From positions 3,206,831 to 3,270,830 of the forward strand of contig CM082578.2 in NCBI GenBank assembly GCA_040954595.2: a stretch of 64,000 nt of DNA, in the 5' to 3' direction. This DNA comes from Balanoglossus misakiensis (Eukaryota; Animalia; Hemichordata). Under the pieces are notes generated by a model. That model made no database searches. It saw only the letters and a list, made by a program, of their open reading frames with translations, and was not told the origin of the DNA. The number at the start of each line of letters is the position of its first letter. The stretch's first letter is position 1. Positions 23,191 through 35,040 of this stretch are shown piece by piece. Made by a program: the position numbers and the translations under genes.

Positions 23191-23822
23191 TAAAATAAAC
23201 AAACAATATATCTTTTGATGTGGCCATCAGTTTCCGATAGTATGTTGCACATGATATAGAGGCAGATAATTGTTTAATTTGGAACACTTATTTCTTTAAC
23301 AAAACGTTTTATAAATGAGAACTTCCTATGACCATTAAAATAAATTTTTGAAAGTTACTGCCATGATCACTGTCTCTTTTCTATTTATGCTTTATTTATT
23401 TATTTATTTGAGTCAGGCTCCAGGCCCATAGAAAAAAATATAAACATACAAAAAATACACGTCACAAGAAACACACAAAGTTAATAAGTACGACAATTAG
23501 TATAAAATGTTCCTCCAGTGTGTGCACTGTAGTGAATCAATATATGTACAAGCATAAATAGTCTTAATTATTAAAGATACCCGGATGTTAACGCGCTCAG
23601 CTATGGCGACACATTGACCGGTGGCCGTAATTTTTTGCTTTTTTCTTGGTGATCCTGAATGTTGGAGGGTTATATTCGTCTGATGGTGATTATGAATACC
23701 AGATGCTACTACGGAGACTTTTGACGGGACGTTTATTCTTTGTTCTACTTGTCAAACTCTCAGTTTTTACTGTGACTTCCGTTTGTTGTCCACTGTGAAC
23801 GTTCTATTCCGCGACCACAACA

Positions 23823-24370
23823 ATGGCAAGTGGTTACGCAACTCCCGAACAATGGGCTACTGCGGATTGAAATGGTTAATCTCGAAGGCAATATTACACT
23901 GTGTTCCTGAGCGAACGTCAGTTTATAAGCCTGGACGAAGCCCAAAAGAATCCTCTCAGTGATGAAGAAGTTTTCCATGCTTTGATACAAGTTATTAATC
24001 CTGAAAACCTGTCATCCATTCAACGTGTCAGAGCTTTGTGGAGAATCTACATACATTCTATTGACGCGAAGCATGATTAGCTGTTACAGCAAGTGTCAAT
24101 TAGGGGAAGGAATGTAGAGATTCTTGAACACAATCCCTTCGCATTCTCAACACGCATGAGACAGATGTGTACGATCAAACTCCGCATAAAAGATCTGCCA
24201 TTTACCGTTGATTCCAATTCCAAATTATTTGCCACACAGTCCCAACACGGCTGAAACATTAAATATAATATATGAAGCTCATTTGTCATATGTGGAAGTT
24301 GCTACTCCACGAAACCGAGCAGAGAATCAAGCCCGGAAACTACATTATCGCCAATACCAGGTCGACAACA
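23823..24370 (+). mobile_element. Decayed Tx1/L1-clade LINE ORF1 (5' fragment)
   Basis: Reading from ATG 23823 through in-frame stops gives TVFLSERQF..SIQRVRALWRIYIHS..LLQQVSIRGRNVEILEHNPF..IKLRIKDLPFTV, a pattern I recognise from invertebrate Tx1 ORF1 N-termini. Absent from the ORF track because of the stops. Confidence 0.65.
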
Positions 24371-24558
24371 AAATGGAGGAGCAGCAACATGTATCTTCTA
24401 TTGTAAAAAATATTCAAACAATTTTTTGAAGAAAAAAAACTAAGTTTTGTGTGTTTTATTTGCCGTTTTTTCTCATTTTATCGACAACGCACTGGATCAC
24501 ATGTTTTAAAAATGCGTGCGTAACTAAAGTTCATTGAACTGGTGACTCAGTTATTGAT

Positions 24559-25694
24559 GTGCATGGCTCGAGTTTCGTGACCTCATACTCGTCCCTTCGG
24601 CGGATTCACAACTGGAGACCGTACAAATGGAAGTCCAGTCTGACGACTATGCTTTGATTACATTCACCTCTGGCAGCACGGGGGATTCAAAGGCTGTAGT
24701 CCATTCTCACCATGGACTGGTGGAAACGTTCATCTTCCTGTACATAATCCTGGCTCAGCTTCAAGGAGGGGAGACTGCGAGTCACCTAGTTTATGTACCT
24801 TGCTTTTTTGTTTCATTCGATACCATGGCAGCAGCAATGGTGGCAGGTGATGACAGGCTCGTCATGACGGAGGCGGATGACGTCACTACAGTGATAAGTT
24901 TGATGGAAACAGAGCGATGCACATCTCTAATTCTTTACCCATCGAATGCTTTTCATATAGCCAACTTGGAGCAAAAACGTGATTTTTCTTCCATGAAATC
25001 GGCGATTATTGGTGGAAATGTTTTGCCAGAAGCTACCCTTAAAAAGTTAATGTGTGTTATGACCCCTAACGTACAAAATACATACGGCAGTACAGAAGCT
25101 CTTCTTCACACATATCATCTAGCAAGTGACCCCATCGACGAAAAATGCACAGTTGGCCGACCAGTTCCACATTTGGTGATCAAAATAGTCGACGAAGAAT
25201 TCCGAATTGTGCCGATCAATACCGAAGGGGAAATCTGTATTCGTGGTCCAAATATCTTTTCGCATTACATGGGAGACGACGAGAAGACAAAGACCGTGAA
25301 AACAGAATCGGGGTGGTTTATTACTGGAGACGTAGGAATCATGCTCGAGGATGGAAGAATTCGCGTGTTGGGGAGGAAGGATGACTGCATTATGAAGAAC
25401 ACGAGGAAAATATATCCTATTGAACTAGAGAGACATGTTATTGGTCATTCTAAGGTGCAATTCTGTCACGCTGTTGCAGTACCAGATGAGAAAATGATCA
25501 ACGAGATTTGCCTGTGTGTCATTCTTCGACCAAATGAAGAATGTACGCGCGAGGAGTTGTTGGCGCTGTTAAAAGAGAAAGTGGATGTGTTTTTCCTTCC
25601 AAAATATGTTCTATTCTTTGACAGTTTCCCAAAAACAAACAGTGGAAAGACCAAACGAGGCGTCTTGTCAAAAATGGCGTCCGACCGGATATAA
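24559..25694 (+). pseudogene. AMP-binding acyl-CoA synthetase (ACSF2-like), 5'-truncated copy with intact C-terminal ORF
   Basis: ORF 24627-25694 has FTSGSTGDSK (A3), YGSTE (A5), GEICIRG, FITGDVG (A7), GRKDD (A8) and PKTNSGK (A10). Similarity to the second copy starts abruptly at 24559, with an in-frame TGA at 24555-24557 just upstream, so the N-terminal part of the domain is missing. Confidence 0.8.
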
Positions 25695-26106
25695 TTTGAG
25701 TAGTCATGCTCATCAAGACAAATGTTAAGCTAACAAACTAAGTTGCACTGACTACTTCTGATCCAATAATCCAAGTTTTCAAATTTAAGTGATATTACAA
25801 AGAGGTGCACTTAAAAGTTTCATGTGTTTTAAGGGATTGCAGAAATCTCATACAAATTCATAGAAAATATGTTCGGTAAACAGTAGCGGCTATTTTGTTT
25901 TTAAGAAAAATAGCATATGTAGACTAACTGTTGTCAAATCGAAATAAAAATAACCCTGTCAAACGGGAGAATATCCAAAATTGTTCCTGTCTGTAGTAAT
26001 ATTACTTTCTGAATGTTCGAGTGAGTTTGCGTAGTACATCGTCCAGGCAGAGGATTGACGAAAGTACGATAAATTGTGTTCACACTTTCAAGTATATGGG
26101 CCCAGA

Positions 26107-26177
26107 CTAGCTACAATAATTGTAGCCTTGGTGGGCTGGTTGGTCCAGACCACCAAGGCTACAATTATTGCAGCTAG
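26107..26177. repeat. Near-perfect 71 nt hairpin with self-palindromic arms
   Basis: ctagctacaataattgtagccttggtgg ... ccaccaaggctacaattattgcagctag (27/28 paired); each arm contains gctacaat-N-attg(t/c)agc. Confidence 0.85.
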
Positions 26178-26711
26178 GCCCACACTACAGTGTGCACTGG
26201 CCTAAGATAAAGTAGAAGTGAAAAGGATGAAGTTCGCACTCCTTTCCTGCCAGCCAATACAGGACTGACATATATACAGCTGTGTATATATAGAGATTCT
26301 CATTGGTTTGGAGTGATCGGACACATCAGGTACGGTACGTGATCGGCAGGTCAGGTCGGTGTCAAAAGCCAATTGATGCATGCGTTCGCAGTCGACTGTA
26401 TACTGTAAATCACGCAGTGGTAAAACTCTGAGGTGAGTAGAACAATGTTGGCATGCATGATTTAATTCCCACAATGTCATCTGGGTGTTGAATTGACGGA
26501 GAACTATTCCCTTGGACGACGAAGTTTTAGTTAAAAATGAGAAGGTACGGTATATTTGTGTTGATCAATTCTGGCCCCAGTAATGACCTCATCACCTCAT
26601 TCTTGTACTCTTGACCCCGGAGGGTTTATATTTGAATTGAGTTCTTTTATTATTAATTGGCAGAAAATGGGAACACTTAAATATAACTGTGTTTATTTTT
26701 CTTTCAATTCA

Positions 26712-27595
26712 GACTTAACCCAAACAGGTAATTTAGGAGGCCACTTAAACTGTCAAAATGACTTCACAAATGATTGCGACGACAACGAAGTTGACAAGAA
26801 GCTATTGTCACACAATGATTTGACGGAGCTCGGTCTGCGAAGAGGTGAAAGGTATGGGACTGCTAGTTGGTAGGCGATACGAATATGTGGGTTACATGGA
26901 AGCTGGTTTGTGTTCGACTCATCTCTAAAATCAGAGGACCTCGTGAAACAGATCAATAACATAGTTGTGCTGTATTGGTAGCGGACAACAATTGTCTTCC
27001 CAACATCGCTGAGTTAGTTCCTGGAGTGGATGAAGCGTCTAGCCTTTATACTCTCAAGCTACTTCCAAGAATCCGTTGTTTAATCAGCGTTGACTCAACG
27101 GAGAAGGGGGGTGCATGGCTTGCGTTTCGTGACCTCATACTCGTCCCTTCGGCGGATTCACAACTGGAGACCGTACAAATGGAAGTCCAGTCTGACGACT
27201 ATGCTTTGATTATATTCACCTCTGGCAGCACGGGGGATTCAAAGGCTGTAGTCCATTCTCACCATGGACTGGTGGAAACGTTCATCTTCCTGTACATAAT
27301 CCTGGCTCAGCTTCAAGGAGGGGAGACTGCGAGTCACCTAGTTTATGTACCTTGCTTTTTTGTTTCATTCGATATCATAGTAGCAACAATGTTAGCAGGA
27401 GGCAACAGGCTCGTCATGACGGAGGCGGATGACGTCACTACAGTGATGAGTTTGCTTGAGGCAGAGAGATGTACATCTCTTATGCTTTTAACCATCACAT
27501 GCTTTTCATATAGCCAACTTGGAGCAAAAACGTGATTTTTCTTCCATGAAATCAGCAATTATCGGCGAAAATGTTAACCAGAATGTACCATTAAA
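26712..27595 (+). pseudogene. Second acyl-CoA synthetase copy: degraded N-terminal part, frameshifted and 3'-truncated
   Basis: 27111-~27590 is a close duplicate of 24559-~25045. Upstream frames give LTELGLRRGER / GLLVGRRYEYV (ACS N-terminal motif) with frameshifts. There is a frameshift near 27490 and the copy stops just before the Tx1 3' end. Confidence 0.8.
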
Positions 27596-27654
27596 AATCA
27601 ATCAGGCGGTGTAAAGGGTCGGGGGATGATAAAGGAAAGAGTACAAATATGCCA

Positions 27655-29648
27655 TTTTTTATTATTATATATAAATATGCAAACACATAACATAGATACA
27701 AACAAAAGTACAAACACAGAAACTACAAAATTACACAACAAGGAATGTGCTTGGTTTACAGCTCAAAATTGATAGAAACGCCTCAAAAGTTGGTATATTA
27801 TTTTGTTTACAGGTATGTAAGAAGAACTTAGTTTGTAAAATAATGTAGTTATCATCACGAAATTGCGTTATTTAAGAATACCAAGATTCATTATGATATT
27901 TGCATTTCTGAAAAAATAGTTGTTCACAGGCTCCCAGAAGTCTTTTGAATATTCACAATCAACAATAAGATGGTCTGTAAAAATCAAATTATTCAAGAGT
28001 CTTTGTTGGAAACATCTCACTGTGGATTCAGTTATCACTTGTTTTGTAATGAGACAGTGTTTTACCCAATCATCATTACTCAAATTAAAAGTGTCACAAT
28101 AATATTTTCTGGCTTCAGTTTTCTTCAGATGTCTTTGTAGAATTATCTCATAGTACTGTTTAGTAGTGATTTTTGTACAGTCATAGCATATCTCACCATG
28201 GTATAAGTATGGTTTTAAAGGTACATTTAAAGATCTATTTTCCAAGGATGCCTCTCTGAGCGCAATTGGTGTAGCCTTCACCAAACACCAGAGCTTGAAA
28301 ATAATATTTTCTGTAAAATTTACATGTCTCAAAATATTTACATTGTCTTGTATAATGGGCGTATTATCATTCGTAAAGATATCATGTACATAAATGATGC
28401 CATTTGTAAATAAGTCATGAAAATACACTGAATCTCCTCCAATACGTATATTCTTATTATTCCAGATTAATCTATCACTCTCAATTATGTTCTTATTATT
28501 CCATTTTTTCACTTCGGCCCACAATCGCAAAATATCTTTGTAAAACAAGGCCAAATTTGATGGAATAGTATGCATATTATAATAACAACACACCAGAAGT
28601 TTCCTTCCCTTCTACTGAAGATAATAAAAGGGAATCAATTTCCATTGTCCCTTTGTAACATGAAAGCGTCTGATCCAAGTCAATTTATTGGCCTGAGACC
28701 AGGACAACAGGTGAGTAAGATCAAAACCCCCATCTTTCCAGAGAGAGCACATTGTATGGTCGTTCCGCTTAGGTTTTTTATCACTCCAGGGAAACTCATT
28801 TAGAATACTATGCAATTTCGAGAGAAAATGCTCGGGGAGATGCAGGAGGGAAACCTGATATACAAATGTTGGAATAATGAGAGTATTCAAAATTGTATTT
28901 TTTTCCTATGAGAGTGAGGTTTCTACCTCTCCACATTGCACGTGTTTGTTTGACACTTCTGAATTTATCATAAAAGTTCAGCTTATTCGCTTCTGAGATA
29001 TTGTAGGAAAAGTGCACACCAAGTGCTTTGAAAATCTTTGTAACTTTTAAACCAATGGGACTGTCTGTTCTGTCCCTATCTTTGCCAAACCAGAAACCAG
29101 ATGTCTTGTCTCTGTTCACACAGAGACCAGGGCATTGTGTAAAGTTATCCTTGACAGCCATAAAATTGGCAACAGAATGTTCATTTTGTAAAAAAGCAGT
29201 TGTATCGTCTGCAAATTGAACTTCCGGTATAGAGTTTCCTAATATGTTTTTCTTGTTATTTCTTTTCTCTAAATTCAGGAAATATTTTGAACCTTTCTCT
29301 CCCTCTTCATGCCATCTGATTTTTGATCTAATAATTGCACCTTTTGTTTCATACTCAATCATCTTCTCGTACTGTTGTTTGGTTTCTTCATACTTTGCAC
29401 GGTTTTCGTCATTTGGATTATCACTCAGCAATTCATCCATACCATGAAGCTTTTTTTCAAGATTTAATTTTTTTCTTTTCTTTCCCTCGATTTCTTTATT
29501 GAATATGACATAGTAAACTTGCGAATTTCCATTTTAACAAGATCCCAAATCATACAAAGATCTCCAGAGTAATCAGTATATTCATGAAGCCACGTTAAAA
29601 TATTACTTTCCATTTTCTGGCAATAAACTTGGTCATCCAATAGGCTAC
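27655..29648 (-). mobile_element. Tx1/L1-clade LINE 'A', 3' half (degenerate, internally deleted)
   Basis: Frames give KGAIIRSKIRWHEEGEKGSKYFLNLEKRN fused directly to QFADDTT (most of RT deleted near 29230), WRGRNLTLIGK and IWNNKNIRIGG. A T-rich 3' UTR ends in AATAAA near 27655. Confidence 0.9.
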
Positions 29649-30560
29649 TGTAAGACAGACAGCCTCAGACGGGTCAGAGTTGTAGAGTGGCAACCCACTC
29701 CAAACATGTTTGTGGCTTTTATATTCGAAAACAGATGTAGGTATAGTTAACATGCAAATTGCAAAAGGGCCTACAAAATGAAGTATGTTAATTTGCAGTC
29801 TTACACAACTATGGGCCCATTTTTAGAAACGTCCTCGTTTCTTATAAATTGAAATTAAAGTACAAAACATCAAATTACAACTCAATAACAAAATCATCAA
29901 ACTGTCTTCGCGAATCTAATTTAAATCAAATATTGTAATATCAGTTAAGTTCATGGATCAATTCATTTTGGTACATAGTCCTGTAAATATCTTGGTGGCT
30001 TGATTCTTCTTTTCCCTGGTGCTCGTTCCCTCTGATATTGGTAAGGATGTGGAGCTTCTCTCGATCTCTGAATAACAGGCATTTCAAATGGCTGATGGCT
30101 AGGTGTAGGTTGAGGTGATGACGATGGATCAACTTCTGGTGTTCCGGGTGATGATGATGCTGGACATCTCGCTGGTGGTGGCGTCACACACGGTTGTGTA
30201 TTCTGTTGCTCAGATGATACAGGGCTGGATGTGATCGCACCTGGTTGCCGTGGTAATGACCCAGATAAAGCTGTATAGGCTGGACAGATAGTGGTCTGGG
30301 TGTCAGAACTATTACCAATGGGTTCTTGTATGTCTGGAGGTGTTCTATAGGGCTTCATTCTGTTAAAGTGTACAGTTTTTGGATGACTTCGCTGACTGTT
30401 AATGTCAATCACCTGATATATAATTCCATCTTCATCCATACTTTTGAATATTTGTATGGACCCTTCCATTTCGGTGCCAACTTCCGTCTTGCATTCGGTG
30501 AGTCATCTAACCATATAAGGTCACCTTGACTATATGACGCAAACTTGGTTCTGGAATCAA
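29649..30560 (-). mobile_element. Gypsy LTR retrotransposon 3' fragment: integrase C-terminus plus 157 bp 3' LTR
   Basis: LTR 29649-29805 is bounded by TGTAAGAC...GTCTTACA, with TATAAAA on the - strand. Integrase tail GDLIWL..RKLAPKWKGPY..VHFNRMKPY..RRIKPPRYLQDYV lies at 29963-30560. Confidence 0.85.

Positions 30561-30605
<45 letters not shown>
30561..30605. repeat. (AAT)15 microsatellite, distal part of the L2 element's 3' tail
   Basis: The same repeat resumes at 35041-35056 directly after the poly(A) of Tx1 'B' and is contiguous with the L2 3' end. Confidence 0.85.
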
Positions 30606-33600
30606 TTACCACCTGTTTTACAGAATGCGCGCAACAAACTCTTGCCAGCATATTACAACGCCAAGAAAGATGGTTGCCGTGTACAGTTACGAGTGCCACC
30701 ACGAGAATGCTGTGCCTTGCTTATTATTGACGGTAAAGTGAACAGACCCTTAGAAGCTGTAGCTTAATAAATAATGTAGTTGGGTTAAGTTTACGGAGTT
30801 TGTTTTTACGAAGGTTCTGTGTGTTCATTTTGCAGTATTTTCATATGGGTATTTGCGGGGTTGGAGACAGTCTATTCTTCGGCTTTGTTTATCGGCGCCT
30901 TTTCTCTCCTTCCTCTTGTTTCCCCCCCCCCCCCTGTTGTGTTTTTGTGTGCTTTTTTTTTCTTGTCTTTTTCGTTCCTCATGTGTGTCGTTGATAATTG
31001 CTCCTTATTTGTTTTCCCCTCTTTGGTATCATGGTCAAAAAAAAATTCCTATTGACAATTTCTCTATGCTTTTTATTTTTTTTTTATTTTTCATGATTCT
31101 TTCTTTTTTTATTCCATTTTCCGCTATATATGACTGGTGTCTGTAAGATTGATATTGCCTCCTACAACTGTAATGGGCTAGCTAACTCAGTTAAAAGAAG
31201 GGAGATTTTTACTTGGTTGCGAGATAAATCACACAACATTTATTGCTTACAAGAAACCCACTCCACTGAACGCAGTGAACAGTATTGGAAAGCTGAATGG
31301 GGTGCTGACATCCTGTTTAGTCATGGCACAAGTAATCGGAGAGGGGTTGCGATTCTGTTTAAAAATAATTTCTGTTATACCCTTCACCAAACTAGGGTTG
31401 ATTCTGAAGGCCGTTGGATCATGATTGATATCACTGTTGATGCGCAGCGGTTCATCCTTGTTTGCATTTATGCCCCAAATGATGACACTCCTGTTTTCTT
31501 TGAGAATATTCACTCAATTCTTTTTAATTTTGGTAATGATACGTCGAATATCATTATACTTGGAGACTACAACACTGTTCAAGATGACTTGCTTGATAGA
31601 GTTGGCACTGGTCGGGGTAATTATCATATGAATGCATTCAAAAGCATTAAACAATTAATGCATTCGTGGGACTTATGTGACATCTGGCGGTTACGTAATC
31701 CAACTGTGAGGCGTTACACCTGGAGAAGAGGCAATCGTGCCAGTAGAATAGATTATTTTCTAGTGTCTTTTTGTCTTTCTTCAAAAATTATGAATGTTGT
31801 CATTGGAGAAAGATATCGTTCTGACCATCATCTCATTAGTATTGGTTTTGAAACTAGTGTTTTCACGCGTGGCAAGGGTTACTGGCATTTTAATAATTCT
31901 CTTCTTAACGATCAGAATTTCATCACCCAGTCAAAACGCTTTATTTCAGATTTCTTTAGTGCTAATAATGGTTCTGCGAATCCAAACAGTGTTTGGGATG
32001 CTTTCAAATGTGCTTTCAGAGGTCATTGCATTAAATTCAGCTCAATTAAACAGCGCAAATGTAAAGAAAAGGAGAATCGTTTAATTGAGGAAATTAATGA
32101 GCTTCATACTATTATTGACTCGGGTTCTGATCATTATACAGATGACAATAATCTGCATTTATCGATGAAACAGGACGAACTTGAGTCTATTTATGCAGCT
32201 AGAACAGCTGGGCTTATGATTCGTGCCAAAGGTAGATGGCTTAATTGGGGTGAACGTCCTACAAAATATTTTCTTAATCTTGTTTACAGAAACTATTCAA
32301 GAAAAAATGTTATGTCTCTTGTTCGGTCTGACGGGACTATTTTATCAAACCCAACAGACATTTTGAGGGAAGAAGTTGTATTTTTTAAAGAACTTTATGC
32401 ATTTGTAGACCCTCCAGTCCCTCTTAATCATGAGGACTGTTCCATTTTGTTTACCGATAACCATGTGAATCGGCTGAGTAGTTTTGAACAGCATATATGT
32501 GAAGGCTCTATTACTGCCAATGAATTATGGCAAGCCATTAAATCCTTCCCAACTGGAAAATCTCCAGGGTTGGATGGTATGCCCGTTGAAATTTATAAAG
32601 CTTTCTTCACAGAATTGTGCACACCCATGCTTAATAGCTTCAATTATTCCTTTGAATGCGGCTTTTTATCACCTTCACAGAGGGAGGGGCTATTATCACT
32701 TCTCCTAAAACAGGATGCGCAGGGTAATGATAAGGACCCAACTTTTTTAAAGAATTGGAGACCTTTAACTTTACTTTGTTGTGATACTCGCATTCTTGCC
32801 AAAAGTCTCTCATTGCGTGTTAAACGAGTTATTACTACAATTATCAATGAGGACCAAACTGGTTTTATTCATGGTAGATTTATTGCAGATAATATTAGGA
32901 GGCTTTTGGAGATTATAGATTTGTACGAGAAGAATAAAGAGCCAGGTTTGGTCTTCATTGCTGATTTTGAGAAGGCTTTTGACAAATTGAGATGGGATTT
33001 TATTCTTAAGAGCTTAGAGTATTTTAATTTCGGTCCTTCTTTTCTGTCATGGATAAAAGTTTTGTATAACAATATTTCCAGTCGTATTATCAATTATGGT
33101 CATATTTCTGACAATTTTATTCTTTCTCGGGGTGTTCGACAGGGTTGCCCACTGTCGCCATATTTATTTGTAATAGCCGTAGAAATGCTGGCAATACGGG
33201 TGAGAACATGTAATGACTTTAAAGGTCTAAAGACAGGCCCTATCGATAACAAGATTTCACAATATGCCGATGACACAAACTTTCCTAGTCAACCTGATTA
33301 TTGTTCTTTTAATGCTTTGCTTGATATTTTGAAAGTGTTTTCTACATTCTCTGGTCTGAAACCCAATTATGAGAAATGTAAGGTATTGCGCATTGGGTCT
33401 CTTAAAAACACAGATTTCCATATCAATACCGCTTTTCCTTTAGTATGGACTGATGGCGATGTTAATGTTCTTGGTATTCACATTCCAAATAATTCATCAC
33501 ATCTTGTAACTGTCAACTTTAATCCTCGGCTTGAAAAGGCGAGGAAGATACTGCAGCCATGGCAGGGTAGGGGGCTCACTTTTTATGGGAAAGTAACAAT

Positions 33601-35040
33601 TATGAAATCCTTGGTCAATTCACAGTTTACTCATCTTTTCATGTCTCTACCATCTCCTGGCAATGACTTCTTTAAAAAGTATGAAACTTTAGTTTTCAAT
33701 TTTTTGTGGGGTGGTAAGCGAGACAAGATTAAGAGGAATACCATCTACAATTCATATGTAAATGGGGGTCTCAATTAGACAAATTTGCCTGCCTTTAATT
33801 TGACGCTAAAGACAGCCTGGTTTTTGAGGATCATGTGCAACAATAGTTTATTTTGTAGTAAATGGTATAAATTTGTTCTTTCCAGTTTTGGTGGGCCCCA
33901 AGTGTATTATGCCAATTTAAAAAAAGATGATTTTCATATTTTTAACCCCATTAATTCTGTTTTCTTAAGACAAATTTATTCAGCATGGCTGCAGTATAAT
34001 ACCACTACAGTATCTGATAAAGACGATGTATGCCAAGAACTAATTTGCAATAATTCTGAGATACGAATTAGTGATAAGCCAATATTGTGGAATAACTTTT
34101 CAAGGAATGGTGTTATTTTTATTAATGATCTTATCGATGCTAATTGTAAGTTTTATAATTATGAGCAGTTTACTACAATATATGGTAATATTTGTACACA
34201 ATTTCAGTATAATCAATTATTATGTGCAATACCACTTGATTGGAAAAATATTGTACAGAATTCACACTCATCCAAACTACTGGTATGTAAGCCTAATTTT
34301 CGAAATCCCAATTGTTTGTCTGGTAAAAAAACTCAATAGAGAGATGTACACTTTTTTTCTGAATTTACAAACACCACAGGAGCTTTCTCCACACATAATA
34401 CGTTATTGGTACGATGTCTTTGATGAAGTATTTTCCTTAAAAATTGTGTTTTCGCTTCCTTTCAAATTAACAAATGATATTAAGCTTTGGAATTTTCAGT
34501 ACAAACTAATAATGAAGATCTTGCCTTCAAACCGCATGCTTTACAAATGGCGAATAATTGACTCCCCACTTTGTATTTTTTGTAAAGATGTTGTAGAGGA
34601 TTATTACCATCTTTTTTGGGATTGTATTTATACTAGTCGGTTTTGGATTTCAGTGAAAGAGTGGTTTTTTACTGTTACACTTAATACACTAAGGTTAAGT
34701 GCAATGTATTGTATTCTGGGTAATATAGATGAGGGGGGTAGTCAACTTGCAAATTTCATTCTTTTGATTGGACGTTCTTATATTTTTAAATGTAAAGTGT
34801 CGAATGTTTTGCCAAACATGCTTCAGTTTAAATCATATGTGAAATCTATTTATAAAATAGAAGATAATGTAGCCACTACAAATGATAGACAGGGGATACA
34901 TCTAGAAAAATGGGGAGCTTTTGTCAACTTGTTCGTTGATTAGTGTTCTTTTTGTGGTTTCTTTCTTTTTCTTGTCTTTGTCGACTCTTTTGTTTTTGTC
35001 CTGTATTTTTGAAATGAAAAAAAAAAAAAAAAAAAAAAAA
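30606..35040 (+). mobile_element. Tx1/L1-clade LINE 'B', young, 5'-truncated in ORF1, nearly intact ORF2
   Basis: ORF1 tail 30606-30767, then a pyrimidine-rich spacer. ORF2 31130-34943 has APE endonuclease (SYNCNG, LQETH, GDYN, RIDY, SDH), RT (GVRQGCPLSP, QYADD) and CxxC..H..C zinc knuckle (CIFC..HLFWDC). Only two lesions are visible: TAG at 33776-33778 and a frameshift in the A-run near 34325. A24 tail at 35017-35040. Confidence 0.96.

Noticed and set aside
24627-25694. Bacterial contamination or horizontal transfer suggested by an intronless ACS ORF
   Set aside because: It is embedded among animal retroelements, has a local paralogous copy, and shows no operon context; a large exon or retrocopy is simpler.
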